Assembly: GCA_963754875.1 (NCBI GenBank) | Contig: CAVWHO010000015.1 | Location: 128,001 to 192,000 of the forward strand | Origin: Nitrospirota bacterium | Lineage (GTDB): Bacteria > Nitrospirota > UBA9217 | DNA length: 64,000 nucleotides | Direction of reading: 5' to 3' | Shown: positions 40,370 to 50,211 of the stretch, piece after piece | Numbering within the stretch: position 1 is the first letter of the stretch | How the letters are laid out: each line of letters begins with the position of its first letter | Translations under genes and position numbers: made by a program | The notes under the pieces: model-generated | What the model saw: only the letters and a program-made list of their open reading frames with translations | Database searches by the model: none | Told to the model about the DNA's origin: nothing

Positions 40370-41464
40370 CTAAATGAAAATATTCACCATGCCCCGTGTC
40401 GTAGTTGTGCTTGGTGAAATGACTGACTGAAGGGCGGGCCTGCTGCTTTGCCGGGCCTCGTCCTGCTGGTACGAATCCGAGCCGTCCCGGGTCCCCTGCT
40501 GTCTCAGTGACACGGAAAACCCGCCGACGCTCACGCCGTCTCCGAGAAGAGAATTGACGATCTGCTGCATATTGTTTTCAATCATTTTTTTCGCAGCGTC
40601 ATCGGCCACATTGATCTGCGCGTTGACGGCCCCTTTATCGAGGCTCAGGTTGATATCGAGTTTACCAAGACCGTTGTGGTCCAACTGTACGGCAATACGG
40701 TTTCCGTCCTTCACGATAGAGACCGCATGGTCAAACGCGTCGGAAGAATCAACCCCATGGGGCCGCGTGGCAGCCGGAAAAGCTCCGGTGTCCGTTGTTT
40801 GGACAGCCGCGTCACGGGGCGCCGTATGCTGGCCTGAAGATTGGGCCTGCTGAACCATCGTTGCGAAGTCCGTCTTTGCCGGCCCGGATAGCGTCGGCTC
40901 TGTTTTTTGTCGTCCCTCGTCGTTTTCGCCTTGCCTGTTCAATATTGCGGCGTCCTGCAGCAGCGAGGCGTCGCGCTTCCCGGACTTGTCCGATAAATAA
41001 AAAACATTCTTGCCGTCGAGATCATTCTGTCCCGTTTGCGCATTCCCGTCCGGGGACGTTCCTTTTGTTTCTGCAGGGGCCTTCCGAACACGATCAGGGT
41101 CTTCCAAATTCTCCTTGATGTTCTTCAGCGACTCGGCAAACTGGGCTGCTGCATTTCCCCCGTCTGTCGTTTTGTCTTGATTTTGAATTCCCAGGAACAG
41201 CTTGGAAATATCGGCTTGCTGCTGAGCCGCAGGCTGGGCTTGAGGTTGCTCTGCGGGCTTTCCAGCCGGCTGCGTCTCATCGCCCAGTTTCGCCGCGTCA
41301 AAAGGCGTTTGCTGTCCATTCTGGAGGACTGCCGCCAGCAACTGGCCCAGCAGAATGCCGAAGGCAGGATCAGCAGTGTCGCCTGCTGCGCCGGGTTTGG
41401 GAGCTGCGGCCGGGCCGTTCTGTACGTCCGATGACGGGATTTTTGCTGCCGGTATCATGAGCAT
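40370..41464 (-). CDS. fliK: Hook-length control protein FliK (start uncertain: 41458-41482)
   Basis: Low-complexity N-terminus, C-terminal T3S4-like L...GLGKLDI; upstream of flgD. Confidence 0.8.
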   Translation of the reverse strand: MLMIPAAKIPSSDVQNGPAAAPKPGAAGDTADPAFGILLGQLLAAVLQNGQQTPFDAAKLGDETQPAGKPAEQPQAQPAAQQQADISKLFLGIQNQDKTTDGGNAAAQFAESLKNIKENLEDPDRVRKAPAETKGTSPDGNAQTGQNDLDGKNVFYLSDKSGKRDASLLQDAAILNRQGENDEGRQKTEPTLSGPAKTDFATMVQQAQSSGQHTAPRDAAVQTTDTGAFPAATRPHGVDSSDAFDHAVSIVKDGNRIAVQLDHNGLGKLDINLSLDKGAVNAQINVADDAAKKMIENNMQQIVNSLLGDGVSVGGFSVSLRQQGTRDGSDSYQQDEARQSSRPALQSVISPSTTTTRGMVNIFI

Positions 41465-41488
41465 GGTACTCATCGTACTCATGCCTAG

Positions 41489-41504
41489 AGCAACTCCCAT
41501 GCCA
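41489..41504 (-). promoter_or_regulatory. sigma54 promoter of fliK-flgD-flgE
   Basis: TGGCATGGGAGTTGCT. Confidence 0.8.
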
Positions 41505-41733
41505 GAGCGACCAGGGACTGCAAATCCGCTTTCATTTGATTGAAATAGCTGTAAAAATCGTACTCTCCCTTTCCGGCCCCCTGCTGCACTGGGCTTCGCG
41601 TGCATGAACACTTTTTGCCGGAGAGGGAAAATTTTTCTTAGCCGGGGATCTCCGAAAAGAGCCGGCCGCCGAAATGTTGTATTTACCCACGAACAGGGCA
41701 TTCAAAAACGTGAGCCCCTGCTTTTTCCATGAT

Positions 41734-41761
41734 TAAAGTTACAAGCCCCGAATGCCGATAA
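41734..41761 (+). promoter_or_regulatory. sigma28 promoter of the HDOD gene
   Basis: TAAA-N16-GCCGATAA. Confidence 0.75.
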
Positions 41762-41797
41762 GAACGATGGGAGACGAAGATCCATTTCGGGAAGCCG

Positions 41798-42625
41798 ATG
41801 ACGGACAGTGACGTAAAACGTTTCATCAAACAGCTCCACGATCTTTCCACCACGCCGGCCTTACTGGGTAAAATCCTTTCCCTCGTAGGAGACGAAACAA
41901 AATCAACAGAGGATCTGTGCGAGCTGATATCGTACGATCCGGCCATGGCCCAACGGGTATTGAAAATCGCCAATTCCGCCTTCTTTGCGCATTCCGGCCA
42001 GATCAAGGACATTCATCAGGCAGTGCTCTTTCTCGGCCTGGACAGGATCAAGTCCATCGTCATGGGCATGACGGTCATGAACATTTTTCCATCTTCCGGG
42101 GCGTTCCGGGTGGAAAATCTCTGGATCCACAGCTATGAAGTGGCGTTCCTTTCCTCGGTGCTGACCGAGAAGATCGCCATTACCATGCCGCAGGAGTCGT
42201 TTCTGGCAGGACTGCTCCACGACATCGGGCGAATCGTGTTCTACAGTTTGGACCACGCATCATTTCAGACAATCGAGACCACGGATACCATGCTCGAGCA
42301 AGAAACCGCGGTCTTTGGATGCACGCATGCGGAAGCCGGAGCATGGTTTGCCGAAGACATCGGCCTGCCGGACAGTATCGTTTCGACGATCAGGTACCAC
42401 CACAAGCCGTCTGCCGCACCCGGTGAGATGAACCTTGTTTCCCTGGTTTCTCTCGCAGAAGCATTTGCCAGGATGTTCAGCCCGCGCGTAGAGGACGATG
42501 GTATCTGGACACGTGAACATGACGCCATCCTCCTTGAATTTTCTCTGTTCAACGAAGATATTCACGCCATCGGCGACAGATTCAGCGCCGCGCGTGACGA
42601 CATGGAAAGCTTCTTTGCTTCCTGA
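41798..42625 (+). CDS. HDOD-domain protein
   Basis: DPAMA.RVLKIANSAFF, AGLLHDIG, THAEAGAW, IRYHH. Confidence 0.92.
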   Translation: MTDSDVKRFIKQLHDLSTTPALLGKILSLVGDETKSTEDLCELISYDPAMAQRVLKIANSAFFAHSGQIKDIHQAVLFLGLDRIKSIVMGMTVMNIFPSSGAFRVENLWIHSYEVAFLSSVLTEKIAITMPQESFLAGLLHDIGRIVFYSLDHASFQTIETTDTMLEQETAVFGCTHAEAGAWFAEDIGLPDSIVSTIRYHHKPSAAPGEMNLVSLVSLAEAFARMFSPRVEDDGIWTREHDAILLEFSLFNEDIHAIGDRFSAARDDMESFFAS

Positions 42626-42727
42626 TCACTGGCTCGAATGATATTCCTAACAACCTGCGCAATTCTTTTTTTCATCTCAATATCCTGACCCGTTCTGACT
42701 TCGCACATGATTAAATTACATCAACTC

Positions 42728-42741
42728 GTCAAAAAGCTGAC
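42728..42741. promoter_or_regulatory. GTCA-N6-TGAC palindrome, candidate enhancer
   Basis: GTCAAAAAGCTGAC about 170 bp upstream of a perfect sigma54 promoter. Confidence 0.6.
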
Positions 42742-42910
42742 GTCATTTCATATTCATTTCCTCTCTTGCAAATCGACATTATAGGTCATCGTTTTCAAGC
42801 CAATCTGCAATGATGCATAACATACTGAAATACCGGTGCTTTATTTACTCTTTTTGTTCTCTAAAAAAATCATACTCAGTATATGACTGTCTATGAATAC
42901 AATCTTACTA

Positions 42911-42926
42911 TGGCACGCCTCTTGCT
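42911..42926 (+). promoter_or_regulatory. sigma54 promoter
   Basis: TGGCACGCCTCTTGCT, consensus match. Confidence 0.9.
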
Positions 42927-42992
42927 TTTTAAGATACAGATGTATGGCTGTCATAAAACAGTCAATGGCTAACAAACAAGAGGACCCAGGCG

Positions 42993-43142
42993 ATGCCGAT
43001 AGAACCTCCGGGAAAAATAAGCGGGTTGAAGATAGTACGGCGTGAAGAAAATGCGACCCTCGGGCAGAAGAAAAAGCAGGCAAAGAAAGAACGGCCGAAG
43101 CAGGAACAGGAAAAAACCGGGAAGATAGACATTAAAATCTGA
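42993..43142 (+). CDS. Small flagellar-associated hypothetical protein (49 aa; not in the ORF track)
   Basis: MPIEPPGKISGLKIVRREENATLGQKKKQAKKERPKQEQEKTGKIDIKI; RBS GAGGA; fills the gap between the promoter and the next gene. Confidence 0.7.
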   Translation: MPIEPPGKISGLKIVRREENATLGQKKKQAKKERPKQEQEKTGKIDIKI

Positions 43143-43145
43143 AAT

Positions 43146-44066
43146 ATGGGAAAGAACATCATAACAGCCGACGCAAAAACGGCGGCAACGAAAGAAAAGA
43201 ACCTCCTGACGCTCGAGCTTGCCGAGATCAAGGAGATTTCGGAGCTTATTTTTAAAAAGCTGGAAAAGAAAATACAGGCCGTCGAAACGCTCGAAACAAA
43301 GGTGGACAAAAAAATATCCCTGTTCCAGCAGCTGATGCAGCAGGCGGCCGGCAACGCATCACCGTCTGCTGTTGAGACATCACTGGACGGCAAAATGGCA
43401 GCGCTCAAGGATACGATCCAGCGCTCGGAAGCCGCCGGATCACAGGCTCTCGCCGCACTCGAAGCATCGATGAAAACGAAGATGGCTGCATTCCAGCAGA
43501 TGGTCGAGCAGTCGGAAACAGCACGGTCACGCGCGCTTGCTGCACTCGAGGCGGCGGTGAATAAAAAAGCTCTTGCCGCGCTCGAAGCATCAATGGAAAC
43601 GAAGATGGCCGCATTCCAGCAGATGGTCGAGCAGTCGGAAACAGCACGGTCACGCGCTCTTGCTTCACTCGAGGCGGCGGTGAACAAGAAGGTGTCCGCC
43701 ATCGAAGGGCTGGTCCGGCACGAAGAGACGCTGCAGAAAAAAATCGAAGACGTCACTTCGCGGGAAGCGTCGCTCGACAAAAAGGCAGCCCTCCTCGACC
43801 GGCTGATCCAACGGGCCGGCGTCCTGGAGCAGAAGATACAGAACGTTGAGTCGCTGGAAGGATCGATTGACAAAAAACTGGGCGCCCTGGAACTTCTGGC
43901 GCGCAGGGCAGAGACGGTTAAGTCCCACTGGGGAGGCGCGGGCCGCCAACACGAAATCTTCGCCCTGTGCCAGAAAGGACTCTCATCGGCAGAAATCGCC
44001 GGGGCACTGGACATGCCGCAGGGTGAAGTAGACCTTACCCTGGAGCTGAACGCGCAACAGGCCTGA
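43146..44066 (+). CDS. Coiled-coil protein with C-terminal DUF2802/DUF6115-like HTH
   Basis: C-terminus IFALCQKGLSSAEIAGALDMPQGEVDLTLEL; upstream of flgF. Confidence 0.7.
   Translation: MGKNIITADAKTAATKEKNLLTLELAEIKEISELIFKKLEKKIQAVETLETKVDKKISLFQQLMQQAAGNASPSAVETSLDGKMAALKDTIQRSEAAGSQALAALEASMKTKMAAFQQMVEQSETARSRALAALEAAVNKKALAALEASMETKMAAFQQMVEQSETARSRALASLEAAVNKKVSAIEGLVRHEETLQKKIEDVTSREASLDKKAALLDRLIQRAGVLEQKIQNVESLEGSIDKKLGALELLARRAETVKSHWGGAGRQHEIFALCQKGLSSAEIAGALDMPQGEVDLTLELNAQQA
43446..43691 (+). repeat. In-frame tandem duplication, 2 x 123 bp (41 aa)
   Basis: ALAALEASM(K/E)TKMAAFQQMVEQSETARSRALA(A/S)LEAAVNKK twice, with several nucleotide differences. Confidence 0.92.
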
Positions 44067-44211
44067 GGCAATTCTTACCACGGGAGGGAATTTTTTTCCC
44101 GGTATGGGGAAGCGGGTCTCAAACACGGTCCTGCGAAACAGCTCACAGTAAGGGCGTGAATATATGATGAATTTTTTCAGCTTCTCAGCAGAGCAGGAAA
44201 AAACAGGCCGC

Positions 44212-44227
44212 TGGCACGAGACTTGCT
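44212..44227 (+). promoter_or_regulatory. sigma54 promoter of the flgF operon
   Basis: TGGCACGAGACTTGCT, consensus match. Confidence 0.9.
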
Positions 44228-44242
44228 CATTCAAGGACTGAC

Positions 44243-44971
44243 ATGTACAAAGGAATCTACATAGCAGCATCCGGGGCCGTATTAATGCAGACGCAATTGG
44301 AAATGATCTCGCAAAATTTGGCCAACGCGAACACCGCAGGGTACAAGAAGGACACGCTGGCGTTTAAAGATCATCTCGTGCAAACGGATGCGAGCACCGG
44401 GCCCGACGGCCGGGACATGAGCGATTATTCCGGCTCCAAGATCGATATGTCGAACGGCACCTCGGTCAAGACCGGTAATACGCTCGATATCGCCCTCGAT
44501 GGCGACGGTTTCATCGCGCTCGAAGGCAACCGGTATACACGCCGGGGAGACCTCAAAAAGAACAGTGACGGCTACCTTACCACCCATGATGGGATCAAGG
44601 TCATGGGCACGGGCGGTCCGATCTCGCTGCCGGAAGACAGCACGCAAATCAATATCGACCTGGAGGGAAAGGTTTCGGTAATGCAGGCCGGTAATGCACT
44701 GCCGACGGAGATCGATACAATAAAGATAGAGAATTTCGGTCCCGATGCCGGCATGACCGAGGCAGGCGACGGGATGTATACGTTTAGCGGCGAGGGAACG
44801 CAGTCGACCGCGACGGTGAAACAGGGATATATCGAAACGTCGAATGTCGATGCGATAAAGGAAATGGTGCGCATGATCGATACCATGCGGGAATTCGAGT
44901 CCTATCAAAAAGCCATTCAGATGTTTGATAACGCCACATCAAAGGTCACTAACCAATTGGGGAGTCTCTAA
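44243..44971 (+). CDS. flgF: Basal-body rod protein FlgF
   Basis: [27 protein letters not shown]; precedes flgG. Confidence 0.92.
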   Translation: MYKGIYIAASGAVLMQTQLEMISQNLANANTAGYKKDTLAFKDHLVQTDASTGPDGRDMSDYSGSKIDMSNGTSVKTGNTLDIALDGDGFIALEGNRYTRRGDLKKNSDGYLTTHDGIKVMGTGGPISLPEDSTQINIDLEGKVSVMQAGNALPTEIDTIKIENFGPDAGMTEAGDGMYTFSGEGTQSTATVKQGYIETSNVDAIKEMVRMIDTMREFESYQKAIQMFDNATSKVTNQLGSL

Positions 44972-44972
44972 C

Positions 44973-45761
44973 ATGCTAAGATCACTTTTTATCGCCGCGA
45001 CGGGAATGGAAGCACAGAAACTGAGCATCGACGTGATATCCAACAACCTCGCCAATGTCAACACGACGGGCTTCAAGAAAAGCAGGGCCGACTTCCAGGA
45101 CCTGCTGTACCAGACCATCAGGACGCCGGGCGCGACGTCCGCGGAAGGCTCGCAGATCCCGTCGGGCATCCAGGTGGGTATGGGGGTAAAGCCCGTGGCG
45201 GTCGAGAAAATTTTTCAACAAGGCGATTTTGTCCAAACGGGCAACAAACTAGATACGGTCATCGAAGGCGACGGCTTCTATCAGATTCAGACGCCGGACG
45301 GCACGACGGCTTACACCCGGTCCGGCGCCTTCAAGCTCGACAGCGACGGCCGGATCGTGAATTCCGACGGCTACCCGCTCGACCCGTCGATCACCATTCC
45401 GGCGAACGCAACGGACATCAGCATAAGTTCCGACGGAAAGATATCGGTGACACAGGCCGGCAGCTCGACGCCGACGCAGATCGGCCAGATCGAGCTGGCC
45501 AACTTCATCAACCCCGGCGGCCTCAACGCTCTCGGCAAGAACCTTTTCCAGCAGACCGGTTCGTCGGGAGACCCGACGACCGGCAACCCGGGCACCAACG
45601 GGCTCGGCACCATCTCGCAGGGATTCGTCGAAATGAGCAACGTAAACGTCGTCGAAGAAATGGTGAACATGATCGTGAGCCAGCGGGCGTACGAGATAAA
45701 CTCCAAGGCTGTCCAGGCATCCGATCAGATGCTGCAGGTCGCGAACAACTTGAGACAATGA
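44973..45761 (+). CDS. flgG: Basal-body distal rod protein FlgG
   Basis: [37 protein letters not shown]. Confidence 0.97.
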   Translation: MLRSLFIAATGMEAQKLSIDVISNNLANVNTTGFKKSRADFQDLLYQTIRTPGATSAEGSQIPSGIQVGMGVKPVAVEKIFQQGDFVQTGNKLDTVIEGDGFYQIQTPDGTTAYTRSGAFKLDSDGRIVNSDGYPLDPSITIPANATDISISSDGKISVTQAGSSTPTQIGQIELANFINPGGLNALGKNLFQQTGSSGDPTTGNPGTNGLGTISQGFVEMSNVNVVEEMVNMIVSQRAYEINSKAVQASDQMLQVANNLRQ

Positions 45762-45950
45762 TATGTTAGTTCTACTCAAATTTGATCTGTTCGCGCGAAT
45801 TCTGGGCAAAAAATCTTGGACACGGATAAAGGCGGATTTTGTTTTTCAAAACCGGGATTACATCATTTATTTTTCCGCCTTGATCATGGCCTTTATCGGA
45901 TTTTATCCGGGGCAAAGGTCTATTCTTTAGTTGCTGCCGGAGGCAGTGCT

Positions 45951-46702
45951 ATGAATTTGGAGTGCGAAATGCGTAATGCGGAATTTAAACGCGGCGGGCG
46001 GACAACGAGGCTTGCTTCTTTCTTCCTCCTTGTTTCACCCGCCGTCCTCCCTATCGTCACGGCGTTCTTCTTTTCGTTCCTTCAACCTGTGGTCGCTTCC
46101 GCCGCGTCCTGGAGTCACCGAGAGCGAGCTCAAGATCCTACTTGAAGGAACACTACCCCTGGGCTGAAGTGGACATCAGCGATCTCCAGGTGAGCACTGC
46201 TCTTCCAGCGGAACGGCCCGTCACCATCATCGTGGAAAAAACCCCTCCCGGCCGCTCCGTGTTCCGGTTCGAGTTCCGAAAGAGCAGGAGCATAATCGCA
46301 ACGGCACTGGTCAAGACCTTTGACCGGGTTTTCATGAGCAGGACCGCATTCAGAAAAGACTACGTGTTGCGCGCGGGCGATTTTTATCCTACGCTGATGG
46401 AGACCAGCCGCCTTCCGAAGGGCGCAGTGCGGGAGGAAGGCAGGCTCATCGGAAAGCCGCTCGTCCGCTCCATTGTGCCGAACGCTCCCATTACGGACTC
46501 GATGGTGTCGGAAACACCGATCGTGAAACGGGGCCGTAGCGTCGTTCTTTGCGTCGAGTCGGCGGGATTTTCGATCAAGGCGATGGGCGAGACCATGCAG
46601 GATGCCGCGGTCGGCGATTATGTAAACGCAATGAACCTGTCATCGAAAAAGATCGTGACCGGTCTGCTGGTGGACGAAGACACGGTCCGGGTGGAGTATT
46701 GA
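45951..46702 (+). CDS. flgA: P-ring chaperone FlgA (frameshifts near 46115-46140)
   Basis: Signal peptide in the upstream frame; SAF domain and P.VKRG..V, G..MQDA.VGD.V...NLSSKK. Confidence 0.85.
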
Positions 46703-46703
46703 G

Positions 46704-47472
46704 ATGAAGAGCAGTCATGCGGTAGAAGTGGGAAGCGAGGTGCGGATTGAACAGGCGGAACAGGAAGTGCGGGTCCGACTCCTCGTCGTCTTCATTTTAT
46801 TGGCGTCGTCCTCCTCGTCCTGCGCTTCCACACCCAAGCTTCCTCCCCCGCCGCCGCGTTACGTGTACCAGAACCGGCCGTCCGACGAGACCAGGATGCC
46901 GACCCGGGGAAGCAACTCGCTCTACCGCGATACGGCAAGCCTGTACGAGGATGTGAAGGCCCATCGTTTGAACGACCTCATCACCATCAACGTCGTGGAA
47001 AATATCTCCGGATCGGGCACGGCCGACACGGCGGCAAACAAAGCATCGACCGTCGACGAATGGCGTCAACAGCCTCCTGGGCATACCGATGAACCTGAAC
47101 CTGTCGAACCTCTACGGCAAGGGCAATACGTTCTCTCCCACCGTAAACGGTGCGGCAAAAGAAGACTTCAAAGGCAGCGGCGCGACGAACAGGGCGGGAA
47201 GCCTGGTCGGAACGATCACGGCCAAAGTCGTCGAGGTGATGCCGAACGGTATTCTTTCGATCGAGTCCAGAAAAGAAATTACGATCAACAATGAAAAACA
47301 GATCCTCATCCTCCGCGGCATGGTCAGGCCCGACGATATCGCGGTGGACAATTCTGTTTTGAGCAACCGGATCGCGGACGCCGAGGTCTTTTTCGTCGGC
47401 GACGGCGTGGTACAGAACAAACAGGATACGGGCTGGCTCGTAAAATTAATGGATAAAGTATGGCCATTCTAA
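46704..47472 (+). CDS. flgH: L-ring protein FlgH (+1 frameshift ~47057)
   Basis: LY.D.KA....DLITI.V.E, then in the next frame ITA.V.EV.PNG, LRGMVRPDDI, WPF end. Confidence 0.92.
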
Positions 47473-48628
47473 GAAAAGCAGAATACAGGGGTCAGGGGGC
47501 AGGAGTCAGGAGAAAAAAAATCGTGAGGCTGCTTTTCTGTTTTTGCCTTACGCTGGCTACTGGCTACTGGCTACTAGCTACTGATATTCACGCCGAGCGT
47601 ATCAAGGACATTGCGAGCTTCGAAGGCATGCGAGAGAACCAGCTGATCGGCTACGGCCTCGTGGTCGGTCTTGACGGCTCGGGAGACAAAGGCAACCAGA
47701 CGATCCAGACCATCGCCAATCTGATGAAGCGGATGGGATTGACCGTGTCCATCGCCGATATTAAAACAAAGAACGCAGCGGCCGTCATGGTAACGTCCTC
47801 TCTCCCGCCGTTTCCGAAACCGGGAATGAAACTGGACGCCCTCGTTTCGACGATCGGAGACGCCAAGAGCCTGCAGGGGGGGACCTTGCTTCTCGCTCCG
47901 CTCAAAGGACCGGACGGCAAAGTGTACGCGCTCGCGCAGGGCGCAGTGTCTGTCGGCGGGTTCATCGGCGGGGGCGGCGGTACGACGGTCCAAAAGAACT
48001 TCACGACGGCCGGCAGGGTGCCGAGCGGCGTTACGATTGAGAACGAACCGCCGTTCACGCTCGGTTCCGGGAACAAGATCAGGCTTTTTTTACAACGGCC
48101 GGATTTCACGACCGCGACGGAGGTCGCCCGGAAGATCAACGAAGCGCTCGGCGACGAGACGGCAGCCTCGACACTCGATCCGACGACCATTACGATTAAG
48201 ATCCCCGAGCAGTATCGGGGCAAGCTGGTCCAGCTGATCTGCGCTCGTGGAGGGTCTTGACGTGCCCGTGGACCAAACGGCACGCGTGGTGATCAACGAG
48301 CGCACAGGAACGGTCACCATCGGTGAGAACGTCAGGATCTCTCCGGTCGCGATTGCACACGGCAACCTGACGATCGAGATCAAGACCGAGTACCGGGTTT
48401 CGCAGCCGCCGTCCGTTCGCACCGAACCAGGCCCAGACCGTGGTCGTGCCGGAAAAGACCGTAAATGTAAAAGAGCAGAACGCTTCGCTCATGCAGGTGT
48501 CGGGAGCCACGCTTGGCGAGGTTGTGCGGGCGCTCAACGCCCTTGGCGTTACGCCCCGCGACCTGGTATCGATCCTCGAGGCGCTCAAGGCCGCCGGCGC
48601 GCTTCGGGCCGAGATGGAGATCATCTGA
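47460..48628 (+). CDS. flgI: P-ring protein FlgI (+1 frameshifts ~48240 and ~48412)
   Basis: RIKDIA..G.RENQLIGYGLVVGL.G.GD, GDAKSLQGG, VINERTGT, ALKAAGAL.AE. Confidence 0.93.
47479..47583. repeat. Period-7 repeats in the FlgI signal-peptide region
   Basis: cagaata-caggggt-caggggg-caggagt-cag ... (ctggcta)3-ctagcta-ctg. Confidence 0.75.
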
Positions 48629-49384
48629 TGCGGGACCTGTCGAGCATACAACCTTCTTTTACCGGGAATATCGAGGAGCTTCGCAACAGGAAAGATCCCG
48701 CGGCCGTCAAAGCGGTCGCCAAGGAAATGGAATCACTTTTTGTGTACGAGATGCTGAAAGTCATGAGGGAGTCATCGGGCACGTCTTCGTCAGGCAGCCT
48801 CGGCAGCGACACGTACACGAGCATGTTCGACATGGAACTTTCCAAAGTCATATCCCAGCGGCGGCCTCGGTTTGGCAGACATGATTGCAAAGGAGATGCT
48901 CGCCACGACCAATAAAGCAGGACAGTCTCCTGCACCTGCAGCGCCGTCCCAAGGGACAGGTCGCAAAAGCAGTCCCCGGAATCGGAAATTCAGGCGGTGC
49001 TTCCTGACATCACCAATCCCCGCATCAGCTCCGGCTACGGCACACGGCATGATCCCGTTCAGCGGAGAGCTTAAATTCCATCATGGTCTTGATATCCCGG
49101 CACCGGCGGGAACGAACGTCCATCCGGTTAGGCCGGGCACGGTCCTTTTCAGCGGTCAGCAGAGAGGATATGGAAATGTGGTGATCATTGATCACGGGGA
49201 CGGTTTTACGTCCAAGTACGCGCATAATCAGGAAAATCTCGTACAGGAGGGAGAGAAGGTCGATTCAGCGTCCGTTATAGCCCGGGTCGGTTCTACCGGA
49301 AAATCAACGGGCTCGCACGTTCATTTTGAGGTGGCCTACAGGGGTCGAGATGTCGACCCCGGCATGCTCCTGGCCCACAGGTAA
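48628..49384 (+). CDS. flgJ: FlgJ: rod-binding domain + M23 peptidase (frameshifts ~48860-49056)
   Basis: AKEMESLFVYEMLK.MR...Y.SMFD.EL, then the M23 motifs HHGLD, GYGN, YAH, STG.STGSHVHFEV. Confidence 0.85.
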
Positions 49385-49387
49385 GAT

Positions 49388-49414
49388 TAAAGTTTTTCCG
49401 GCAGTTGCCGATAA
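49388..49414 (+). promoter_or_regulatory. sigma28 promoter of flgM-flgN-flgK
   Basis: TAAA-N15-GCCGATAA, consensus match. Confidence 0.88.
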
Positions 49415-49450
49415 GAAAACCACAAATCTTACCTCGCAGAGGAGGACCAC

Positions 49451-49759
49451 ATGAACATCAATTCCAGCAAGCCCCCTGAAGGCCAGGGACCGAACCGGAG
49501 TGCCCAGCCGGCGCAGAACGTCCCGAAACCCGCGAACGTTGAGTCAAAAGACAACGCGGCCCCGGTCAAGAACGCGAGCCCGAAGGACCGGGTGGACATA
49601 TCAAGCAGGAGCAAGGAAATCGCCGATATCATGTCTGCGATCAACCAGCTCCCTGACGTGCGGACAGACAAAGTCCAGGAAATCCAGAAGAGCGTCGAAG
49701 CCGGCACCTATTCCGTGGATTCGAGCAAAGTCGCTGACAAGATCCTGAAAAACATATGA
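49451..49759 (+). CDS. flgM: Anti-sigma28 factor FlgM
   Basis: DRVDIS, PDVR.DKV..I...V..GTY.VD...VADKIL. Confidence 0.93.
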   Translation: MNINSSKPPEGQGPNRSAQPAQNVPKPANVESKDNAAPVKNASPKDRVDISSRSKEIADIMSAINQLPDVRTDKVQEIQKSVEAGTYSVDSSKVADKILKNI

Positions 49760-50211
49760 GCACTGCCGATCACATAAAGTCCATTCTCACCGAGCAGGTC
49801 AACGGCTACCGCACCCTCCTCGAAATTCTCCGGCGGGAGCGCGAGTCCCTGCTCCACTTCAATGCGCCTGAAGTCGAGGCCCTTTCGAAGGAAAAGGACA
49901 CCATCGTCCTCAAGCTGAAGCTCCTCGAAGAAGAGCGTATCCGGCTCGTCCGGTCCTTCGTTTCGGAGCACGCCGTTGACGAAAAGGCCGCATTTCAGAC
50001 ATTAAGCGAGAAGACCGGCGATGATTCCTTCCAGCGGCTGCGGCTGCAGCTCATCTCGCTCCTCCAAAGCATCACGGAACTGAACGGTTTCAACCGTGTA
50101 TTGATCGAGCGTTCGGTAACGGTAGTAAAGAACGCCCTGAACTTTCTCGGTTCAATAGGCGTGACCGTGCAATCCACCAAATCAGGTTCGCTCCTGTCGA
50201 GGGAAGCATAA
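49756..50211 (+). CDS. flgN: Export chaperone FlgN
   Basis: Helical, L..ERE.L, N..N..LI; between flgM and flgK. Confidence 0.88.
   Translation: MSTADHIKSILTEQVNGYRTLLEILRRERESLLHFNAPEVEALSKEKDTIVLKLKLLEEERIRLVRSFVSEHAVDEKAAFQTLSEKTGDDSFQRLRLQLISLLQSITELNGFNRVLIERSVTVVKNALNFLGSIGVTVQSTKSGSLLSREA

Noticed and set aside
43446..43691. CRISPR-like or assembly-duplicated repeat
   Set aside because: Two in-frame coding copies with substitutions and no spacers; no cas genes in the window.
45951..49384. Programmed frameshifting or phase variation in flgAHIJ
   Set aside because: The breaks are not in slippery homopolymers, and the same +1 pattern affects unrelated genes.
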